Sequence record: SRR22947727_1968
DNA length: 64,000 nucleotides
Reading direction: 5' to 3' (one strand)
The notes under the pieces were generated by a model. That model saw nothing but the letters and a program-made list of their open reading frames with translations. It ran no database searches and was not told where the DNA came from. How positions within the stretch are numbered: position 1 is the stretch's first letter; each line of letters begins with the position of its first letter. Made by a program: the position numbers and the translations under genes. Positions 58,341 to 64,000 of this stretch are shown piece by piece.

Positions 58341-61247
58341 CTAGCGCAACGCCGCATCGCAGCGCCCACAGACACCGGCGTGACTGTGTTGACCCACATC
58401 GGGCAAAATTTTCCAACACCGCTGGCATTTTTCACCGCTGGCTTTCGCAAAGGACACCGCCACCCCATCTGTGTCTTCTAAGACAAAGGCAGCCTCTGGC
58501 GCGGCTTGGGTCGAAATTTCAATGCCAGATGTGATACACAAATCGGCAAAACTCACAGATTTCAACACCTCGGCCACCTCTGCGGATACATAGACCACGG
58601 GTGCGGCCTCAAGGCTGGAGCCGATGTTCTTTTCACGCCGCTGCACTTCCAGGGCGCCGGTCACCACACGGCGCACCTTGCGGATGCTGGACCATTTCTC
58701 AGCCAAATCCGGATTGGACCAGCGCGATGGGGTCTGCGGCATGTCTTGCAAATGCACCGAACTGCCCTCCTCCGGGTGGCGCTCCAGCCAAACCTCTTCC
58801 ATCGTGAAGGTCAGAACCGGCGCCAGCCAAGTCGTCAAACGGTGATAGAGAATATCCAAAACCGTCCGAGCCGCCCGGCGTTCTGCGGTATCGCCATCGC
58901 AGTAAAGCACGTCTTTGCGAATATCGAAGTAGAATGATGACAGATCCACGGTCGCAAATTGGAACAAGGCTTGGAAAACCCCTTGGAAGTCATAGGCTGA
59001 GTAGCCTTCCCGGACGGTGGCATCCAATTGCGCCAAACGATGCAATACCCATTGCTCCAGCTCAGGCATTGCCTCAGGCGCCACCTGATCTGACGGGGTG
59101 AAATCCGCCAGAGAGCCCAGCATAAACCGCATTGTATTGCGCAACCGTCGATAGCTATCGGCCACACCTTTGAGGATCTCCGGCCCAATCCTAAGATCAC
59201 TGGTATAATCGGATTGCGCCACCCAAAGACGCAAAATATCCGCGCCATATTGCCGGGTCACATCCTCAGGCGAAACGGTATTGCCGATGGATTTGGACAT
59301 CTTCATGCCCTTTTCATCCAGCGTGAACCCATGGGTCAACACGCCCCGATAAGGCGCGCGGCCCTGGGTGCCGCAAGATTGCAGCATTGAGGAATGAAAC
59401 CATCCTCGATGTTGGTCTGTACCTTCAAGATAGAGATCGGCCAAGCCATCATCAGACCCATCTGCCCGGTCGCGCAACACAAAAGCATGCGTGGATCCGC
59501 TGTCAAACCAAACGTCCAAGATGTCGAACACCTGCGTGAAGTCCTCGGGTGCCACAATCCCGCTCAAGAAGCGCTCTTTCGCGCCCTCTTTATACCAAGC
59601 ATCGGCTCCTTCGGCCTCAAAAGCCTCTAACACGCGGGCATTAACCTCTTCATTGCGCAGCAGATAATCGTCATCCGTGGGCAGGCTGCCGTTTTTGGTA
59701 AAACACGTCAAAGGCACGCCCCAGGCGCGCTGGCGCGACAACACCCAATCGGGCCGGGCTTCGATCATGGAATACAACCGATTGCGCCCGGTCGGCGGAG
59801 TCCAAGTGACAAGCTCATCAATGGAGGTCAGCGCCCGCTCGCGGATGGTCTTGCCATAGGTGTCTTGCCCATCGTTGACCGGCTTGTCGACGGCAGCAAA
59901 CCATTGCGGCGTATTGCGATAGATCACAGGCGCCTTAGAGCGCCAGCTGTGCGGGTAGCTGTGCTTGATTTTGCCACGCGCCAACAAACCACCCACTTCG
60001 GCCAGTTTCTCAATAATCGCGCCATTGGCGTTGCCCTCTTTGCCATTGGGCTTGAGGATCGCCTTGCCGCCAAAGAATGGAAGATCCGCGCGAAAACGCC
60101 CATCTTCCATCACGTTATAGGTGATCACCTGCTCCAACATGCCCAAGTCGCGGTAGAGCTCAAACTCTTCCATGCCGTGCGAGGGTGCACAATGCACAAA
60201 TCCCGTGCCTTCACTGTCGGTGACAAAATCAGCCGCGCGGAAGTCGCGAATATCATCCCATTCGCCCGCGCCGCCTTCAACACCGTGCAACGGGTGAAGC
60301 AGCTGAATCTTCGCCAAATCCTCGGAGGTGATATCACAAAGGCGGCGATACATCGACGGATCAAGACGCGCACGGCCCAAGACATCTTCGGCCAGTGCAT
60401 CTGACAAAATAAACCGCTCGCCGATCCGGGCCCAGCATTCCTCAGGCCGGCCGATCACCTCATACAGCCCGTAGGAAATTCCCGCGCCATAGACCACCGC
60501 CTTATTCGACGGCATGGTCCAGGGCGTGGTGGTCCATATCACAACTTTCGCACTGTCTAATGTCGCATCACCCGTGCCAACCACTTGAAATTTCACCCAA
60601 ACGGTGAAGCTTTCCTTGTCGTGATATTCCACCTCAGCTTCCGCCAGGGCCGTTTTCTCCACAGGCGACCACATCACAGGTTTTGACCCTTGATACAGGG
60701 TGCCATTCATCAAGAATTTCTGAAATTCCGCCGCGATCACCCGTTCCGCATGAAAATCCATCGTCAAATACGGATTTTCCCATTTGCCGGTGATGCCCAG
60801 TCGCTTGAATTCATCGCGCTGGATATCGACCCAACCGGCGGCAAATTCGCGGCATTCCTGACGAAATTCGACCAAAGGAACCGCGTCTTTATCGCGGCCT
60901 TTTTTGCGGTATTTCTCTTCTATTTTCCACTCAATCGGCAGCCCGTGACAATCCCAACCGGGGATATAGCGCGCATCTCTGCCCATCATTTGCTGCGAGC
61001 GCACCACCATATCTTTGAGGATCTTATTGAGCGCATGACCAATGTGCAGGTTGCCATTGGCATAGGGCGGCCCGTCATGCAGGGTAAAGCTCTCACGCCC
61101 TGTTTTCTCGCGCAATCGGTCATAGATGCCGATCTCTTCCCAACGGGCCAGCCATTCAGGTTCGCGTTTTGGCAGGCCGGCACGCATGGGGAAATCTGTC
61201 TTAGGCAGATTGAGAGTGTCTTTGTAGTCAGGTGTTTGCTCGGACAT
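58341..61247 (-). CDS. ileS: Isoleucine--tRNA ligase
   Basis: HIGH and KMSKS motifs; C-terminal CQRC..CGRC zinc finger. Confidence 0.97.
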   Translation of the reverse strand: MSEQTPDYKDTLNLPKTDFPMRAGLPKREPEWLARWEEIGIYDRLREKTGRESFTLHDGPPYANGNLHIGHALNKILKDMVVRSQQMMGRDARYIPGWDCHGLPIEWKIEEKYRKKGRDKDAVPLVEFRQECREFAAGWVDIQRDEFKRLGITGKWENPYLTMDFHAERVIAAEFQKFLMNGTLYQGSKPVMWSPVEKTALAEAEVEYHDKESFTVWVKFQVVGTGDATLDSAKVVIWTTTPWTMPSNKAVVYGAGISYGLYEVIGRPEECWARIGERFILSDALAEDVLGRARLDPSMYRRLCDITSEDLAKIQLLHPLHGVEGGAGEWDDIRDFRAADFVTDSEGTGFVHCAPSHGMEEFELYRDLGMLEQVITYNVMEDGRFRADLPFFGGKAILKPNGKEGNANGAIIEKLAEVGGLLARGKIKHSYPHSWRSKAPVIYRNTPQWFAAVDKPVNDGQDTYGKTIRERALTSIDELVTWTPPTGRNRLYSMIEARPDWVLSRQRAWGVPLTCFTKNGSLPTDDDYLLRNEEVNARVLEAFEAEGADAWYKEGAKERFLSGIVAPEDFTQVFDILDVWFDSGSTHAFVLRDRADGSDDGLADLYLEGTDQHRGWFHSSMLQSCGTQGRAPYRGVLTHGFTLDEKGMKMSKSIGNTVSPEDVTRQYGADILRLWVAQSDYTSDLRIGPEILKGVADSYRRLRNTMRFMLGSLADFTPSDQVAPEAMPELEQWVLHRLAQLDATVREGYSAYDFQGVFQALFQFATVDLSSFYFDIRKDVLYCDGDTAERRAARTVLDILYHRLTTWLAPVLTFTMEEVWLERHPEEGSSVHLQDMPQTPSRWSNPDLAEKWSSIRKVRRVVTGALEVQRREKNIGSSLEAAPVVYVSAEVAEVLKSVSFADLCITSGIEISTQAAPEAAFVLEDTDGVAVSFAKASGEKCQRCWKILPDVGQHSHAGVCGRCDAALR

Positions 61248-61323
61248 ATCTCGTCTCATCTTTAATAAACTGGGGAAAGGCGGCGCGGTGGGCTCCAACG
61301 CCTTTGGCCCGGCAGCTGCATTG

Positions 61324-61371
61324 TCACAGTGCCGGGGATATAATTCGTAGAATGATCAATATCCGTTCCAT
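61324..61371 (-). CDS. Putative ileS leader peptide [15 protein letters not shown]
   Basis: ATG GAA CGG ATA TTG ATC ATT CTA CGA ATT ATA TCC CCG GCA CTG TGA: 5 Ile within 8 codons, directly upstream of ileS. Confidence 0.7.
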   Translation of the reverse strand: MERILIILRIISPAL

Positions 61372-61380
61372 CTCGCGCCG

Positions 61381-61409
61381 GTTATAGGCCCCTCTGTGCC
61401 GCTGCACAA
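61381..61409 (-). promoter_or_regulatory. Sigma70-type promoter of leader-ileS
   Basis: TTGTGC-N17-TATAAC, 9 nt before the leader ATG. Confidence 0.6.
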
Positions 61410-61452
61410 CTGGCTTGACGCAGAGAGTTTGCCGCAGGGCAGAAAATTCCCT

Positions 61453-62469
61453 TCAGCGCGTCCGATCCGACAGGAAAACGCCCAAGAGTGCCCGCTTCAT
61501 GAGGCCCGTCACACTGGGGAATGCCCCCGGCTGAAAGGCAAGGGGGCGGCACAGCTGCATGGCTGCAACCCCCACCCGCGCGGTCAAAGCCCCATTGATG
61601 ACACCTTCGCCGAATTTTCTGGAAAACTTGGCCAAAACAGACCCTCCCGCAACCGACCCAATGAGATCATCACCAATGGCCACAGCCCCCGTTGCAATCA
61701 CATGGGCCAAGACCAGACGCGTCAAACGCCAACTGCCAAAAAATCCTGAACGGCCGCCATATATCTCAGCAATCTTGCGGATCATGCGCAGATTGGTGAC
61801 CAGAGTTGCGACCACATCCACCAAGGCGAGCGGCATCAAAGCGGTGAGGGTCGTGACCTGCCGGGCCGCGGCCTCGATCGTTTGCTCGGCCAAACGGTCC
61901 AAAGGCGATAGCAGCGCGCGTTCTGCCGCCTCCATCATCCCATCGGCATCAAATATGTCTGGTTTTTGCTCCGAAAAACGGGCCATCTGCCAACGCAGCT
62001 CCTCCCGGCCACGGTAGAGTGCCTCAAGCTCGGCACAGACAAACTGCGCCTCGGCCAGTACCCCAGACCCGCGCGCAGCGCTGGCCCTTTGCTGAATTTG
62101 ATCAATCCGCGTCAAACGGCGCAGGGCCGAGATTTCCTTGCCGACCAAGACCAAGGTCGCAACGCTGGCACCCACCAATAAGGCAACGGCCAACCACCCT
62201 AGGGCGGGAAAGCGCACGATCAGCCCGGTCAGAAATTCCCAGATGGCCAGGCACATACTCATCACCACAAAGGCGCTGAAAAACCCAAAAGCCCAGCGCA
62301 GCGCCCGGCCAGGACGGCGACCGAGCAGCAGCGTTGTCGCCTGAAAACTGGTCGAGCGCTGCCCCGCATCCAGCCCCGCCTCAGGGATGGGAGGGGCGGT
62401 TTCCGGCGTCACATCTTGATCTGATGCCGGCAGCTCTACAACCAAAGGCGCATTGCGTTTCTCATCCAT
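61453..62469 (-). CDS. ycjF: YcjF family membrane protein
   Basis: GEGVINGALTARVG...CRP motif. Confidence 0.88.
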   Translation of the reverse strand: MDEKRNAPLVVELPASDQDVTPETAPPIPEAGLDAGQRSTSFQATTLLLGRRPGRALRWAFGFFSAFVVMSMCLAIWEFLTGLIVRFPALGWLAVALLVGASVATLVLVGKEISALRRLTRIDQIQQRASAARGSGVLAEAQFVCAELEALYRGREELRWQMARFSEQKPDIFDADGMMEAAERALLSPLDRLAEQTIEAAARQVTTLTALMPLALVDVVATLVTNLRMIRKIAEIYGGRSGFFGSWRLTRLVLAHVIATGAVAIGDDLIGSVAGGSVLAKFSRKFGEGVINGALTARVGVAAMQLCRPLAFQPGAFPSVTGLMKRALLGVFLSDRTR

Positions 62470-62908
62470 GGGTCTGCCTCCAACACAGCATCATATCAGG
62501 CAGGTTGTAATCATTATCCTGCCCATCACTGGTCTCCACCACCTGAAAGCCCAAGCTGCGATAAAACCCCTGCGCCCTCCGGTCACTTTGAAACACCCAA
62601 AGCCGAAGCTGGTCACATTGGGATTGCGCATAGCTCATGGCCGCGCGCCCAAACCCGCGCCTTTGAAACTGCGAGCGAATATAAAGCGATTGCACGATAT
62701 CCCTTTCCAGAGCCAAAAATCCAACGCACTGCCCCCGCCAGTGCAACATCGTCACCTCAGAGTGATCCAGCAAGACACGGCCATAATCGGCCCGCTCCAC
62801 CGGATCATGCACCGGAGGAATCCAGCTGTTCGCCAGATACCATTCCTCCAAAATTGCGCTGATCTCTGTGGCATCAGACAGGTCAGCCCGAGTGAAATGC
62901 AGGCTCAC
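62462..62908 (-). CDS. GNAT acetyltransferase
   Basis: LYI...QRRGFG and FYRSLGF motifs; GTGA overlap with the ycjX stop. Confidence 0.8.
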   Translation of the reverse strand: MSLHFTRADLSDATEISAILEEWYLANSWIPPVHDPVERADYGRVLLDHSEVTMLHWRGQCVGFLALERDIVQSLYIRSQFQRRGFGRAAMSYAQSQCDQLRLWVFQSDRRAQGFYRSLGFQVVETSDGQDNDYNLPDMMLCWRQTHG

Positions 62909-64000
62909 AAGACATCTCCAATCAAAAATTGCAGAGCTCGATCCAGGCGGATATGGGGCGGTCCGTAGCCCGGCGGCAAAGACAATGGCGCCGGAGCAAA
63001 GGCTTGATCGTGAAACGCACCCTCCTCCCACTGCGAAACGCCGGCCCGGGCTTGCGCCATTACCCGCGCGGGCGAGGCTGGAAACTCCCCGGGATAAAAT
63101 CCCACGGTCTTACCAGACCCCAGCGCCAAGCCCTTTACGGCAGGCAAGCTTTGCCCGTGCTTATCTAAATCAATCTCAACCGTATTGCGCAGGGCCGCCA
63201 TCGCGATTGAGCTGGTCAAGGCTCCCTTGAACCGCGCCGTGTCCCGCGCCGATTGCGTGAGCGCGGCCACCAAATCTTGCAATGCGCCATGCTGTAGGTG
63301 ATGCAAGTGATCGGCCTTTGAGGCGGCAAATAAAATCCGGTCGATGCGCCGCCCGCGCAGCAATTCGCGCAAAAATCCCCGCTTTCCTGGACGAAACGCC
63401 CTCAAAATGCCTGTCATCGCCTGCTCAAGATCTGCGACGGCGGCCGGGCCGTCCGACAAGCTCTTCAGCAGATCCACCAAAACAATTTGCCGATCCAATT
63501 TTGCAAAATGATCGCGAAAGAACGGCTTCACGATCTTCTCCTGATAGGCCTCAAATCGCCGCTGCATTTCCGCACGCAAAGACCGCTTATCGCCCGCGCC
63601 CTTGGGCAAAGGCGCAAAGGTCAACACGGGGGACCCGGCCAAATCACCGGGCAAAAGCATGCGCCCCGGGGTTAAATTTGAAAACCCTGCTTGCCGCGCC
63701 GCTGTGAGATAGGCCGCATAGGCTTTGGCCAATTGGGAGGCACTGACATCATCAAAGGGTTTTGCGCCGTCAACCGTGTTCAGTTTGGCGCAATATTCAC
63801 TGGCCTGCGCGCGTCCTTCAGCCGATTGCAACGCTTGCTCTGACCACTGATCATAGGTCAAATCCCATAACCCCAAATCAAGCAGCCATTCGCCGGGATA
63901 ATCCACAATGTCCAGATGCACCGTTTTTGACGGCGCCATGGCCGCGAACATCCCCTGCGGCGCCAGTCTGAACGACAGGCGCAACTGGCTGATGGTTTGG
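62905..64000 (-). CDS. ycjX: YcjX family P-loop NTPase (5' end outside the window)
   Basis: DIVDYPGEWLLD, ASKADH and PHIRLD motifs. Confidence 0.9.
   Translation of the reverse strand, partial: QTISQLRLSFRLAPQGMFAAMAPSKTVHLDIVDYPGEWLLDLGLWDLTYDQWSEQALQSAEGRAQASEYCAKLNTVDGAKPFDDVSASQLAKAYAAYLTAARQAGFSNLTPGRMLLPGDLAGSPVLTFAPLPKGAGDKRSLRAEMQRRFEAYQEKIVKPFFRDHFAKLDRQIVLVDLLKSLSDGPAAVADLEQAMTGILRAFRPGKRGFLRELLRGRRIDRILFAASKADHLHHLQHGALQDLVAALTQSARDTARFKGALTSSIAMAALRNTVEIDLDKHGQSLPAVKGLALGSGKTVGFYPGEFPASPARVMAQARAGVSQWEEGAFHDQAFAPAPLSLPPGYGPPHIRLDRALQFLIGDVL

Noticed and set aside
1-64000. CRISPR arrays, IS elements, prophage or defence systems
   Set aside because: No regularly spaced repeats, transposases, or phage or defence genes recognised by eye.

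Overview
Gene-dense chromosomal segment from a Roseobacter-group alphaproteobacterium (Rhodobacterales, inferred from gene content and order). No intact mobile element, prophage or CRISPR array is visible. Housekeeping genes include lon (partial), tgt, sufT/sufA, tpiA, cimA, ccr-ecm, priA-fsa-DUF484-xerC-pcs, ileS and ycjXF. Other content: a TRAP dctPQM system with an unusually long DctM, a form II coxSLM-DE cluster, and a divergent pair of photolyases (an inverted-domain NewPHL-like protein and an FeS-BCP/PhrB-CryB type). There is also a probable (R)-selective amine transaminase, tRNA-His, a probable 6S RNA, and a 12-kb, 10-gene divergent catabolic cluster of unknown substrate (Rieske oxygenase, DMG-dehydrogenase-like protein, two tandem enolase-superfamily enzymes, class III aminotransferase and others) ending at tRNA-His. 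The strongest hidden signals are (i) an Ile-rich, near-leaderless 15-codon leader peptide with downstream hairpins in front of ileS, and (ii) the catabolic cluster, probably acting on an N-methylated (betaine-type) amino acid. All family assignments come from motif recognition by eye; no database searches were run.
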